The position numbers were made by a program, and so were the translations under genes. From positions 27,967-91,966 of IMG/VR virus record IMGVR_UViG_3300025011_000027: a stretch of 64,000 nucleotides of DNA; one strand, written 5' to 3'. The notes under the pieces were generated by a model, which did not search any database, was not told the origin of the DNA, and worked only from the letters and a program-made list of their open reading frames with translations. This DNA comes from a virus. This document shows, one piece after another, positions 39,182-48,378 of the stretch. Every line of letters begins with the position of its first letter. The stretch's first letter is position 1.

Positions 39182-39682
39182 CTACTCTTTTTCGTTGTCT
39201 AGGAGGTTTAAGGTTAATGGTAATATCTCTCCTTTCAAAGGAACATCGACGATATACCCACAATCTTTGCTATAGAATAGCATATTATCATCAGGAGTTC
39301 TACCGTACCACGGAAAATTAATGCACACATTAGGACGATCTTTATGAATACTGCATTTGTTGTCTGCTGTGAGCTGTAAGCATCTAAAGAAATGTAAATG
39401 TTCGCTGGAGGTTGCTCTTTCTTTATATGCTTCAAACCATGTGGCTAAGTAAGGATTAATGGCAATAGCTTCTTCAGTGGTGATCTGCTCCCAGTTTAGG
39501 TAAACGAATAAAGGATCACTCGAAGTATCCTTCTCTGTACCACAGAGATAATTTTTAACTGTTTGCATTTCTCTGATATCGTCCATGGACCGGTTGAGTG
39601 TTATTGCTTTGCAGCATAGTCCGCACATATTACATGAGCCTGTTAGTTCGTGCATAATGGTAATCCTACCCTTCTCTTTCAA
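39182..39682 (-). CDS. YkgJ-family CxxCxxCC Fe-S/Zn protein
   Basis: CNMCGLCC...C..L...NKCSIHKDRPNVCINFP. Confidence 0.8.
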   Translation of the reverse strand: MKEKGRITIMHELTGSCNMCGLCCKAITLNRSMDDIREMQTVKNYLCGTEKDTSSDPLFVYLNWEQITTEEAIAINPYLATWFEAYKERATSSEHLHFFRCLQLTADNKCSIHKDRPNVCINFPWYGRTPDDNMLFYSKDCGYIVDVPLKGEILPLTLNLLDNEKE

Positions 39683-39869
39683 CGAGTTTAGTTAGTTCTT
39701 CAGAGATTGAGAATTGACAAGTACAGCGCATTGCGCCATCGTCAAACTCTTCCTGAGTAAATAGTTTTTCGAATAGGTTACGATCTGTTCTGTCGAATCC
39801 ATCATAATCCATAATCTTTACATTACGAGTCTTCTCCCACTCTTTGAGAGTTTTAAGTTCTGCGCTCAC
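39666..39869 (-). CDS. hypothetical phage protein
   Basis: KIMDYDGFDR motif. Confidence 0.55.
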   Translation of the reverse strand: MSAELKTLKEWEKTRNVKIMDYDGFDRTDRNLFEKLFTQEEFDDGAMRCTCQFSISEELTKLVEREG

Positions 39870-40050
39870 TAATAAGCACTACCTTTCCTTCTAGTTCAGG
39901 AGTTAGATGATATGTTTCAGTAGGTTTGCAAACACTGAATAATACAGGTATACCATCAACTATTCTGTCAACGGTTGCATATAGTCCGTGCCATTCTGAG
40001 TGATCTAATATTTCTACTTGATCTCCTACTTGAAACATAATGGAAATCAT
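39853..40050 (-). CDS. hypothetical protein (KOW/SH3-like)
   Basis: FQVGDQVEI. Confidence 0.5.
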   Translation of the reverse strand: MISIMFQVGDQVEILDHSEWHGLYATVDRIVDGIPVLFSVCKPTETYHLTPELEGKVVLISERRT

Positions 40051-40613
40051 TCCTCCTTTAGTTGATCACTCATTTTAGACAGTGTTTTAGCTAAGATTTG
40101 GAATTCTTCCTTTGATAATCTAATACTATGATTCTTGTCATGTTCCCATAACGAAAATAGTATAGGATCAGATGAATAAGGAATTTCAGCAAAGAAGAAT
40201 CCATAATTATCTTTGTCTATTATGACCTTCTCTATCTCGCCGTCCTCTTCTTTGGCGTTGTAGATAGAGCTTATTTGATCGGCCATTATTGACTTATTAA
40301 CTCCAGCAACAAACTGAATAGAGTTAAGGTAATCGAGTACTTTCTTTTGCTTATCTATAGATTTATAAGTGATTCTAATCTTAAGGTCTTCTTTAGCTTT
40401 TTCTTTAAGTTTCTCAAATGAATTACACATAAAAGTACCTGGGAATCTCATACCGTTTTGATAAGGTTTGATAATTAAAGGACGCTCATGCTTACACATT
40501 CCATTTAAGTTGAATACGCATTGTCCCAACCCTTCAGAACAAGTAATATAGTGCAAAACTAAATCTCCATTAAGCTCCTTATGTGGTAATAAACTTGAAA
40601 TAAGTTCAATCAT
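40047..40613 (-). CDS. hypothetical protein
   Basis: RBS, coupled ORF. Confidence 0.55.
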   Translation of the reverse strand: MIELISSLLPHKELNGDLVLHYITCSEGLGQCVFNLNGMCKHERPLIIKPYQNGMRFPGTFMCNSFEKLKEKAKEDLKIRITYKSIDKQKKVLDYLNSIQFVAGVNKSIMADQISSIYNAKEEDGEIEKVIIDKDNYGFFFAEIPYSSDPILFSLWEHDKNHSIRLSKEEFQILAKTLSKMSDQLKEE

Positions 40614-40616
40614 TAT

Positions 40617-41018
40617 TTATCCTCCTTGATTATAATTTTCTACATATACTACGTTCTTGATGCCAGCTAATTTTATTGCTTCAGCGCATGCTTTGCACGG
40701 TTGAGTAGTAATGTATAAAGTTGCATCTTGCAAGCCAATAGACCGTCTTTCTGCCTGTCTGATAGCATTTATCTCGGCGTGTACTGCTACGCATAAATCT
40801 AATCGTTCCCCACTAGGTATACCTAACTCTGACCTTATACATTTCTGAGTATCAGAACAATTTAGTTGCTGTGCTGCACTTCCATTGTAGCCTGTAGAAA
40901 CGATCTCATTATTTATTACCATTACTGCTCCGACCTTGCGTCTCAAACAAGTTGTTCTATCTGAGACGCAAGCAGCTATGTTTAGGAAATATTCTTGCCA
41001 ACTACTTCTTCGCTTCAC
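40617..41018 (-). CDS. dCMP deaminase (ComEB-like)
   Basis: TCLRRKVGAV, STGYNG, HAEINAI, PCKAC. Confidence 0.92.
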   Translation of the reverse strand: MKRRSSWQEYFLNIAACVSDRTTCLRRKVGAVMVINNEIVSTGYNGSAAQQLNCSDTQKCIRSELGIPSGERLDLCVAVHAEINAIRQAERRSIGLQDATLYITTQPCKACAEAIKLAGIKNVVYVENYNQGG

Positions 41019-41460
41019 GTATACACCATTCAGTAGTTAACAATTCGATTTGAGTTGGCATCCAGGGAACTCTTCCAAATCGAGACTGAACATAGTAGTA
41101 AGGAGCTGTGTTGATAGAGTCAACATCAGGAAGCTGAATGCCAATCATTACGTCTTCTTTCCAGAATGGTAATCCACAGAGTAAACCAGTAAGCATTGCT
41201 TCAGTTGCAAGTCCAAACGTCATTCCGTCAGTTTTTCGATATGCAGCTTCGAATACTGCTTTAGGTGACCAGCTCATGTATCCGCCCTCGTACTTAACTA
41301 GATAACCAGGGTGGAATGTCGCCACAATGGTACCATCAGATTTAGCTTCATGCTCCACTACTGCGTTTGAGACATCAATAGGTCTGTCGAATTGCTTACC
41401 TGCTTCTTCTGCTGTCATAGGCTTTGCGTGAATGATCTTTGATCCAATGTACTTTTCCAT
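41002..41460 (-). CDS. DUF2829 / Tad2-like anti-defence protein with an extra N-terminal domain (ORF track extends to 41619)
   Basis: MEKYIGSK...GYLVKY..GYMSWSPK.VFE.AY + MTFGLA.EAM..G...APYYYV..RFGRVPW..TQIELL...W; RBS AAGGAGG before MEKY. Confidence 0.65.
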   Translation of the reverse strand: MEKYIGSKIIHAKPMTAEEAGKQFDRPIDVSNAVVEHEAKSDGTIVATFHPGYLVKYEGGYMSWSPKAVFEAAYRKTDGMTFGLATEAMLTGLLCGLPFWKEDVMIGIQLPDVDSINTAPYYYVQSRFGRVPWMPTQIELLTTEWCIREAKK

Positions 41461-41648
41461 TACTTCCTCCTTAGGCCATATTTGTTTCACTGACTTTAAT
41501 TGATCATGGATACTACAAACTGCATTACATGATATAAAGTCTATCCATAGTTTGCAGCGCGGACAATTGACATTACCATTTTCTCTAGGGGTATAATGCG
41601 GACACTGAGACAATTGCATTCCTCCCTTAAGTACTCTTGATCTTTAGA

Positions 41649-41678
41649 TATATAACAAATAAATCTGATTTTTTAAGT
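41649..41678 (-). promoter_or_regulatory. phage-specific promoter motif (copy 5)
   Basis: ACTTAAAAAA...TTGTTATATA. Confidence 0.7.
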
Positions 41679-41700
41679 TCTAAAATAAAAAAGAGAGCAT

Positions 41701-41904
41701 TTAAGCTCTCTTTTCGTTCCTTACCCTCTTCTGATATTCTTTTCTTTTTCTTCTGGACTTTCTCTTATTCTTAAAGTTATTTTTAAATGGATTGTTTAGA
41801 AAGAATGCACTCATCAGGTTACGATATCTGATCATTCTCTTTCCTTGGATCTTAAGACGGTTGTTATCTAACTCCCTATCATCCTCATATACTGTATTCA
41901 TCAT
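41701..41904 (-). CDS. basic hypothetical protein
   Basis: ORF followed by a terminator-like hairpin. Confidence 0.45.
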   Translation of the reverse strand: MMNTVYEDDRELDNNRLKIQGKRMIRYRNLMSAFFLNNPFKNNFKNKRKSRRKRKEYQKRVRNEKRA

Positions 41905-42311
41905 AGCCCCGCCTTTTCAATTGTCGTTACGTTACTGACTGAGAAATCAAATGGCTCGTATGCGCTGCTTAGTCCATTCTGATAAGATAAGTCATTCGGG
42001 TCAGTCTCTTTAAGACTATCATTAAATACATAGAACTGTATGGTTTTGATGAATTCAAGCGTCTCTTGTGGGAAGATATGTCTAGTGGTTAAGAAGTATT
42101 TTTTCTCGTATATTGCGAAGTTTAGTATATGGAGAGCAACTTCAGTTTGGTAATTATCCCTAAGCCACCATGCTATCCAGACCCTGTTAATGTATTCGTA
42201 GTTTCTAACTTTGCATGAATGATCGAGCGCATAATCAATGAATCTATCTAAGGATTTTTCTAGCATCATGCAGAAGTTGTCAATGGTTGAAGAATCAATA
42301 AGGATCTCCAT
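41901..42311 (-). CDS. hypothetical protein
   Basis: Coupled ORF. Confidence 0.55.
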   Translation of the reverse strand: MEILIDSSTIDNFCMMLEKSLDRFIDYALDHSCKVRNYEYINRVWIAWWLRDNYQTEVALHILNFAIYEKKYFLTTRHIFPQETLEFIKTIQFYVFNDSLKETDPNDLSYQNGLSSAYEPFDFSVSNVTTIEKAGL

Positions 42312-42653
42312 CTAATCATCTTCTCTTTCAGCACAAGTACATGAAGCTCCTACCATATGACACTCTTTGCAGTACTCCTCAAGCTCTGGGTAATAGTAGA
42401 TAGGCTTAAGCTTCTCGACGTTCGCTAATCCCTCTTCTTTAGAGGTATAGATAACCTTATCAATACAGAAACGACCACTACCATCCTCATAGTTCGTTGC
42501 AGTTATTACGTACCTTTTACCTTTTGTTGCATCGACAATTATTTCACAGAACTCATCATCAGGAATGGAGTTGAACGATTCCAATAGTACTTCAAGATCA
42601 GGGTCAGTCAATTTGGAAAGAACCTCTTTAAGAGCAGCTTTAGCGTTAATCAT
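42312..42653 (-). CDS. hypothetical protein
   Basis: RBS, coupled ORF. Confidence 0.55.
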   Translation of the reverse strand: MINAKAALKEVLSKLTDPDLEVLLESFNSIPDDEFCEIIVDATKGKRYVITATNYEDGSGRFCIDKVIYTSKEEGLANVEKLKPIYYYPELEEYCKECHMVGASCTCAEREDD

Positions 42654-42822
42654 TTTTCATTACCTCTTTTCTTTATTTACTTACGACTGTAATAACATGA
42701 GTTTGGAATAAGATGAATACTGAAACTAGAAGGGCTAGGTTACTGGCTATGAATTTAATTTTGGCGTTTGTCATACTTGTCACTCACTCTCAAGTTTAGT
42801 TGGAACTCTCGCTCACACTATA

Positions 42823-42851
42823 ATATTAACATATAATATGAACACCGTCAA
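42823..42851 (-). promoter_or_regulatory. early sigmaA-type promoter with palindromic spacer
   Basis: TTGACG-gtgttCATATTATATGt-TAATAT. Confidence 0.75.
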
Positions 42852-42865
42852 GCAAGTGGAAATGT

Positions 42866-42906
42866 AAGAAGCAGGAAGCGTTTGGTTGCTCCCTGCTTCT
42901 TTTTTA
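42866..42906. terminator. terminator hairpin
   Basis: AAGAAGCAGGAAGC...GCTCCCTGCTTCTT. Confidence 0.55.
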
Positions 42907-43209
42907 TTTACTGAATAGCTCAAGGACTAATTGTACTTCGTCTTCAGTCAACGACCTACCATCGCCCTCTTCGTCAACTGCGGTGAATAATACATTACCA
43001 ACTATTATATCATGAGCAGTTGCAAAGTTAGGAAGTAGGCCGTCAAATTTTCCCTCTTCGTTACATATCATGGATACACAGTCTCTAAAGTGTGCAACTT
43101 CAATGTGTCCCTCAACTATTGTTTTAAGTGCTTCTAAAGTATTCTCGATCTCGCGTACCTCACAAAGTTCATTGACCTCTTTGACAACTACTTTGATCGT
43201 CTTTTCCAT
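42904..43209 (-). CDS. DUF3846-like protein
   Basis: EIENTLEALKTIVEGHIE...ICNEEGK..GLLPNF...IVGNVLF. Confidence 0.75.
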   Translation of the reverse strand: MEKTIKVVVKEVNELCEVREIENTLEALKTIVEGHIEVAHFRDCVSMICNEEGKFDGLLPNFATAHDIIVGNVLFTAVDEEGDGRSLTEDEVQLVLELFSK

Positions 43210-43386
43210 TTAATAATCCTCCTCAATGAATATTTTAGACTATATACTATGAATGCTATAATCATTAATATGATAGTACACCATACTAATGCAAGCAATG
43301 TTAGAGTAAACCAATTGTTACACATCAAAACGATTTCCTTAATCCAGTCAGGAAGTAACACTTGCTCTAACACTTTAACACTCTCC

Positions 43387-43647
43387 CTACTTTAAGAATC
43401 TATCAAGCTCAGTAATGGAAAATAAGTCAATCTCGTTTACTTCAAATCCAACTCGATTTTTAATTGAACTCACTGAATAGGTTATGATCTGAGTACCTGC
43501 TCCATAAAGTTTTACGTTTGAAACTCCACCTATGGATACTGGAATTAAAGTGTTGAATCCCCTGTCTGGATCCTCTTTACATATAAAAAGCTTATCGTCT
43601 TTAGAGTACTTTGCTTTCACTTCAATGACTTCTCCCACATGTAACAC
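43387..43647 (-). CDS. hypothetical protein
   Basis: Coupled ORF. Confidence 0.5.
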   Translation of the reverse strand: MLHVGEVIEVKAKYSKDDKLFICKEDPDRGFNTLIPVSIGGVSNVKLYGAGTQIITYSVSSIKNRVGFEVNEIDLFSITELDRFLK

Positions 43648-43648
43648 C

Positions 43649-43903
43649 TCACTTATCCTTTTTACTGAATAAGAATGTATCGTTCTTACTAGTTTTCTCT
43701 GCTGTCTTCAGTAATCCTTTAGTACCAATACTAAGTATGTTAGCTGCACACTCTGTTCCGTAATAGTTTACTTCTCCAGTCTCGTGATGAATAGCTACAG
43801 TCTTCTTTAAGTTACGTTTACCGCAATGGAAACAGATGGTAACATCTTCACTAATACCTATTAGTCTCATCATGACTTTTTCTTCTCGTTCCAAAGTATG
43901 CAC
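43649..43903 (-). CDS. hypothetical Zn-finger protein
   Basis: CFHCGKRNLKKTV...YYGTECA. Confidence 0.6.
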   Translation of the reverse strand: MHTLEREEKVMMRLIGISEDVTICFHCGKRNLKKTVAIHHETGEVNYYGTECAANILSIGTKGLLKTAEKTSKNDTFLFSKKDK

Positions 43904-44040
43904 GAGTTTGGAAATATTAATCCTAGAGGATTTTTAGAGAGAGGTTGCTTTTGTAAACAACCTATCCAAACTAAGTTCTTGCAATGCCAACATGATCTAA
44001 CTAATAGGATATCTTTCATACGATCAGGTTTACTCACAGT

Positions 44041-44997
44041 TTATACCTCCTTTGAGATAGCATACAGCTCTCTACTAATTTCCTCCAATCCAAGTCCATT
44101 CTCAATTCCTAGTACCCATCGTTTAGGGATTGCATCAAAGCCGAGTATAGTTCCAACAATAGCTCCTGTAATGCTCCCTGTTGAGTCTGAATCTCCTGAG
44201 TGACATACTGCTGAAGCAATAGCTTCTTCGAAGTTGTCTTGGTGCTTGAGCGCACAATAAATGGAAATAGCAAGTGCTTCTTCAGCTACCCATCCTTCTC
44301 CAATTTGATATATACATTTTAAATCATAAGAAGGAGTTGACTTACCGGTGTCAGCTAAATATAAAGCAAAATTTATAGCTTGAAGTGTTTCTTCGTGCCC
44401 TTCATAGCTCTTGAGCTTCGATATAACGCTGTTTAGTGCGTTCGTTAGATTTTCACCGGCAAGTGTTCTGCTAATCAGCTCAGAGAGGAAACCAGCGGTC
44501 AAATAGCCCGTCTTATGTCCGTGAGTTATTGCCGCTGCTCTCACTCCTAAGTCAAAAGCTGTAGATCGATCGAACACTAATCCTATAGGAGCTGTACGCA
44601 TTACCCCGCCACAGCCTTTGCTATCATTGATTGGTAATTGGGGAGTACCCATCAAACCGCTTCCCAAAGCTGACATACAAGAATAACCAGGCGCTCTGCT
44701 CTGACCAGGATCACTTTGAGTTAAGAACCACTTATAGTACTCTTTATAAATATGAACAGTATTATAAGGGAGCAAGCTTAAATCTGCATTCTCCTTAAAA
44801 GCATTTATCATACCTTTAGATGTCGCAAGACTCATTTGGGTATCATCTGAATAAAGCATCTTTCTCCTACCATTACCAATGCTTAAAACAGATTTCCTTT
44901 TGATATTCTGAACGGGTAAGAACTCGACAGGATAACCTACAGCGTCCCCAATTGCAAGCCCGAACATACAACCTCTTATTTTAGATAACTTTTCCAT
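44041..44997 (-). CDS. ADP-ribosylglycohydrolase (DraG/ARH family)
   Basis: GLAIGDAVG.PVEF, YSDDTQM, SKGCGGVMRTAPIG, ITHGH, GDSDSTGSITG. Confidence 0.93.
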   Translation of the reverse strand: MEKLSKIRGCMFGLAIGDAVGYPVEFLPVQNIKRKSVLSIGNGRRKMLYSDDTQMSLATSKGMINAFKENADLSLLPYNTVHIYKEYYKWFLTQSDPGQSRAPGYSCMSALGSGLMGTPQLPINDSKGCGGVMRTAPIGLVFDRSTAFDLGVRAAAITHGHKTGYLTAGFLSELISRTLAGENLTNALNSVISKLKSYEGHEETLQAINFALYLADTGKSTPSYDLKCIYQIGEGWVAEEALAISIYCALKHQDNFEEAIASAVCHSGDSDSTGSITGAIVGTILGFDAIPKRWVLGIENGLGLEEISRELYAISKEV

Positions 44998-45326
44998 TAC
45001 TTAACCTCCTTAATTATTTTAGCATCTTCAAGCATTACATGACGTACATTACCTTTATAAATTACGTCATATTTTACAGCATCATAAGAAATACAGTCTA
45101 ACTCCTGACCTATTAACTCTTGATACCATCCTCCATAGAGACTGGACTTAGAGTTACTAACAATTTTAATTATCGTTTCTTTCATTCTAGCTCCTGCTTT
45201 AAATGCAAGTATCAAATCTTTGACATCCTCAACACTGAAATAATATCCAGGCAGGTGATCTTGATGTAACTCACTTTGAATATACTTGGCGAGGTCTTCC
45301 ATTTCAGAATCAATTAAAAATAACAT
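44997..45326 (-). CDS. hypothetical protein
   Basis: LYGGWYQELIGQ motif. Confidence 0.55.
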   Translation of the reverse strand: MLFLIDSEMEDLAKYIQSELHQDHLPGYYFSVEDVKDLILAFKAGARMKETIIKIVSNSKSSLYGGWYQELIGQELDCISYDAVKYDVIYKGNVRHVMLEDAKIIKEVK

Positions 45327-45341
45327 CTATTAATCTCCCCT

Positions 45342-45545
45342 TTAAAATAGTTTTCTCTGGACTGGTTTAGTGGCTGCTTTAGGTTTTTCTACTAGCTTAG
45401 GCGTCTCGATTACTTTTTTAACCTCTCCTCCTATCCATTTTCTCATAGCGCATATATCGTCCCCATGCTGCAATTCTCTTACACAATGCCCAAGCGAACG
45501 GCACTCTTGATGCCATCCGCAACACCCAAATATTTCTCCTGCCAT
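45342..45545 (-). CDS. small Cys-rich protein with C-terminal QxxLF
   Basis: FGCCGWHQECRSLGHC...C; ends QRKLF. Confidence 0.6.
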   Translation of the reverse strand: MAGEIFGCCGWHQECRSLGHCVRELQHGDDICAMRKWIGGEVKKVIETPKLVEKPKAATKPVQRKLF

Positions 45546-45546
45546 A

Positions 45547-45819
45547 TTAGTACGCCACTACTCTGAATTCTCGTTTTATCTTTTTAACCGCGGGACGCTC
45601 AAGATAGGTAAGAGCTTCTTGCTCAGACTGAAAACCGTCATTCAAGAATACCCAGCAAGGCCCGTCAGCGGTTAGATTTTTGATTTCTTCAAGAGTCGAA
45701 GAGGTTAAGCTCTCACTCCATTTATTGTTGTTCTTCTGAAATAACTTAATATTTTTCTCATAGGTCTTTATCATTGACGCGATTTCTTTCTCATCAATGA
45801 AGCTCTCTACTTTGAACAT
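45547..45819 (-). CDS. hypothetical early protein
   Basis: First gene after an early promoter. Confidence 0.55.
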   Translation of the reverse strand: MFKVESFIDEKEIASMIKTYEKNIKLFQKNNNKWSESLTSSTLEEIKNLTADGPCWVFLNDGFQSEQEALTYLERPAVKKIKREFRVVAY

Positions 45820-45859
45820 TTAGCGTCACTCACTTTCTAAACTAACATAGGTTTCATTA

Positions 45860-45888
45860 ATATTAACATATAATATGAATAACGTCAA
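45860..45888 (-). promoter_or_regulatory. early sigmaA-type promoter with palindromic spacer
   Basis: TTGACG-ttattCATATTATATGt-TAATAT. Confidence 0.75.
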
Positions 45889-45908
45889 GCAAAGAGAAAG
45901 AGAGCTGA

Positions 45909-47234
45909 TTACTCAGCTCTCGCGTTGGCGTTTAGTACTGCTAATCTTCCAATAATGTCAGTCAGGATTTCTTCGAAGGAGTGAGTTCTATCCTCAGCAC
46001 CATGTATGATATGAACGCATTCATGAATCATAGCTCCGAATAGAGGAGAACCACCTTCAGTTAATAAGCTGCGATGTAGGTATATAACGTCTCCATCGTT
46101 ATCATGTTTCTTATCAGGATTATCGAATTTGGAAACTACTTTGACCACTATTTCTTTATTGGAGTAGTCTAATTTTTCAGCGCACTCTCTAGCATCTTGC
46201 ATGTTAGCAAGCTCATACTCAGTGAGCTTATTGTCTTTTAGGACATATTGATCTGGATTGGTAAGTGCCGAATTAGTTTTCAATTCTTCACTGGATTCTT
46301 TTATCCCCGCGGCCGTTTTAATAGTGTAATTAGCTGCCCAAGATACAGGAGTTTGTAACACTGTATATCCTTTGTCTTCTAGGATCAGATCAGATTGGGT
46401 TCCGTCACTCATAACTAACTTTTTATCACTGAACATCTTCTGCGCCATTTTAGTAAACATTTCTTTTCCTGACTGGCTATTAGGAGATAAATATATCCCT
46501 GTCTCAACAACTTCTTCATTGCTGTAAGCAGCTTCTAGGTACATCTTACAGAACTCTCTGACTAGGAAACCTTCTTCTTTTATGATGCGCTCAATCTCTT
46601 GTTTTGCTACGCTTAAATCAACCACTGTGCGGTCTCTGTTGATAAACTTCTTGGAGGTTAAGTTGTAGCTGTATAAGCTATTGAGAGGCATTGTGAATAG
46701 TCCATTTACGAATAACTTCCCGCCTGGAAAAAGTATGTTAGGGGCTATATTTTTGTCGATTGATTTGCAACCGCTCCACTTGAGGAATTTTGCTTTTGCT
46801 TCGGCATATTCTTCTTTAGTACACTGAATGTGGACTAACGTCTCCTCTTTGTTCTTTGTAGTCTCATCAAGGGTCAATACGAGGATGTCACTTTCTAGTC
46901 CTTCGCTATACTCTATACTTGGGCGGAAGCTGAATCCAGAAGTGGAAACATAGAACTTACGGTTTTCTCTTGCGGCTACTAATGCAGCTATCTTAAGACC
47001 TTCACCAAATTGCCCGATTTGGTCAGTTGACTTCTCACTATTGCCGAGTACTAAGTGCTTAGGTTTGATCTCGCTGCCCTTATTGATGATGTCGCAACCG
47101 TCAAAGTATGCGTCATAAGTGATCTTGAAGTCTCCCTCATCCATTGCGTTCGCGATTACTTCGCGTATGGCGTCTACCATTGTCCAGTTTGCACAGTATC
47201 CAGCACTGATAGGATATTCAATTCTTTGTTGCAT
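45909..47234 (-). CDS. GHKL-type ATPase fused to a zincin (HExxH) metallopeptidase-like domain
   Basis: AIREVIANAMD, IGQFGEGLKIA; C-terminal MIHECVHIIHGAEDRT..F. Confidence 0.75.
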   Translation of the reverse strand: MQQRIEYPISAGYCANWTMVDAIREVIANAMDEGDFKITYDAYFDGCDIINKGSEIKPKHLVLGNSEKSTDQIGQFGEGLKIAALVAARENRKFYVSTSGFSFRPSIEYSEGLESDILVLTLDETTKNKEETLVHIQCTKEEYAEAKAKFLKWSGCKSIDKNIAPNILFPGGKLFVNGLFTMPLNSLYSYNLTSKKFINRDRTVVDLSVAKQEIERIIKEEGFLVREFCKMYLEAAYSNEEVVETGIYLSPNSQSGKEMFTKMAQKMFSDKKLVMSDGTQSDLILEDKGYTVLQTPVSWAANYTIKTAAGIKESSEELKTNSALTNPDQYVLKDNKLTEYELANMQDARECAEKLDYSNKEIVVKVVSKFDNPDKKHDNDGDVIYLHRSLLTEGGSPLFGAMIHECVHIIHGAEDRTHSFEEILTDIIGRLAVLNANARAE

Positions 47235-47293
47235 AATTAGTTTCCTACTTTCTTTTAATTAATTCTTAGTTTGGAGATTTCGCTCACAAGATA

Positions 47294-47322
47294 ATATTAA
47301 CATATAATATGTAAACTGTCAA
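47294..47322 (-). promoter_or_regulatory. early sigmaA-type promoter with palindromic spacer
   Basis: TTGACA-gtttaCATATTATATGt-TAATAT. Confidence 0.75.
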
Positions 47323-47337
47323 ACTTATTCCAGCAAA

Positions 47338-47378
47338 TAAAAAAGATCCCAGACTTGGTGGGTTAGTCAAGTCTGGGA
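47338..47378 (-). terminator. intrinsic terminator
   Basis: TCCCAGACTTG...CAAGTCTGGGA-TCTTTTTT. Confidence 0.7.
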
Positions 47379-47432
47379 CAAGTAATGAAGTACGCTTTTT
47401 TAGTATAACTCCTAACTCACTCATTTATACAC

Positions 47433-48023
47433 TTAAGAGCTTACCGGTGCGTCAAAGTTAATCTCGATACACTTTCTCGATGCTAGATAGTCGGCCATAT
47501 GGACGAATATCTCAATCCGGCAAGAAGGTTTTGGTAATACTTCTTTCTTCGTCTTGTAGTCTGAATTCCACTGGCCCATGTGCGGGGCGATCAATCCGGA
47601 AATAAACGCCGCGTGGGCAGCACTCTCCACATCAAGGTCAATCTTCTTAAATAGCTCATTTACCAATAAAGGATGCTCAGTCACAGTGTAATGATTGCGG
47701 GGATTAAAGCCATTTTTACAAGTATCGTGCAGAATGAGGGCAGCAATGATGAGGTCTTTTTCTGTATCCGTATATGCCTGAACGGATTCATTTCTGAATA
47801 GCTCAAGGGCTATTCTCACAGCCGCTTTGGTATGTCTTACCAGACCACCTTTTCCAACACAGTAAGCAGGATGATACTTTCCTGTGCTACTTGCAGGAAT
47901 GTCCCAGAAGTATTCAGGCGCCACTGCAAGAGTGTTAAGTACCAATCTTCTGATTGCGGCACTTTTGATCTGATCTATTTCCATTCCGAATACATCAAGG
48001 ATAGCTTGTTCTGACATTTGCAT
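47433..48023 (-). CDS. HD-domain phosphohydrolase
   Basis: PASSTGKYHP, GGLVRHT, LHDTCK, HMGQW, VHMADYLASR. Confidence 0.85.
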   Translation of the reverse strand: MQMSEQAILDVFGMEIDQIKSAAIRRLVLNTLAVAPEYFWDIPASSTGKYHPAYCVGKGGLVRHTKAAVRIALELFRNESVQAYTDTEKDLIIAALILHDTCKNGFNPRNHYTVTEHPLLVNELFKKIDLDVESAAHAAFISGLIAPHMGQWNSDYKTKKEVLPKPSCRIEIFVHMADYLASRKCIEINFDAPVSS

Positions 48024-48343
48024 TATTTTATTCCTCCAATTAATATTAATAAGTTATGTTCTACCTTTTTAAGTCTCTCTCTAATCTCAGAGTTCTCCAT
48101 AAATAGATGGCTGGATTGGAGAGCATGTATATCGGTCAGAGCAAGATTAATGTAAAAGTTCCTGCGCTCACTTTCAGCGACTAAGTACTTAAACCCATCA
48201 ACCAATTCCTCTTTGGCCATCTGAAGCCAGTCCCACTTTGGCTCTAAAGGTTTCACAGAATGGCCGTATTTTTCAATACCTTTTACTTCCTGATCCTCAT
48301 TGACTCGCGTAAACTCTTCATTAGCTACGTCTACAAATGACAA
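48023..48343 (-). CDS. all-alpha NTP pyrophosphohydrolase-like protein
   Basis: KGIEKYG...DWLQMAKEELVDGFKYL. Confidence 0.55.
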   Translation of the reverse strand: MSFVDVANEEFTRVNEDQEVKGIEKYGHSVKPLEPKWDWLQMAKEELVDGFKYLVAESERRNFYINLALTDIHALQSSHLFMENSEIRERLKKVEHNLLILIGGIK

Positions 48344-48378
48344 TTACCATTACCTCTTTCTTACTAAAGAGCAATAAT

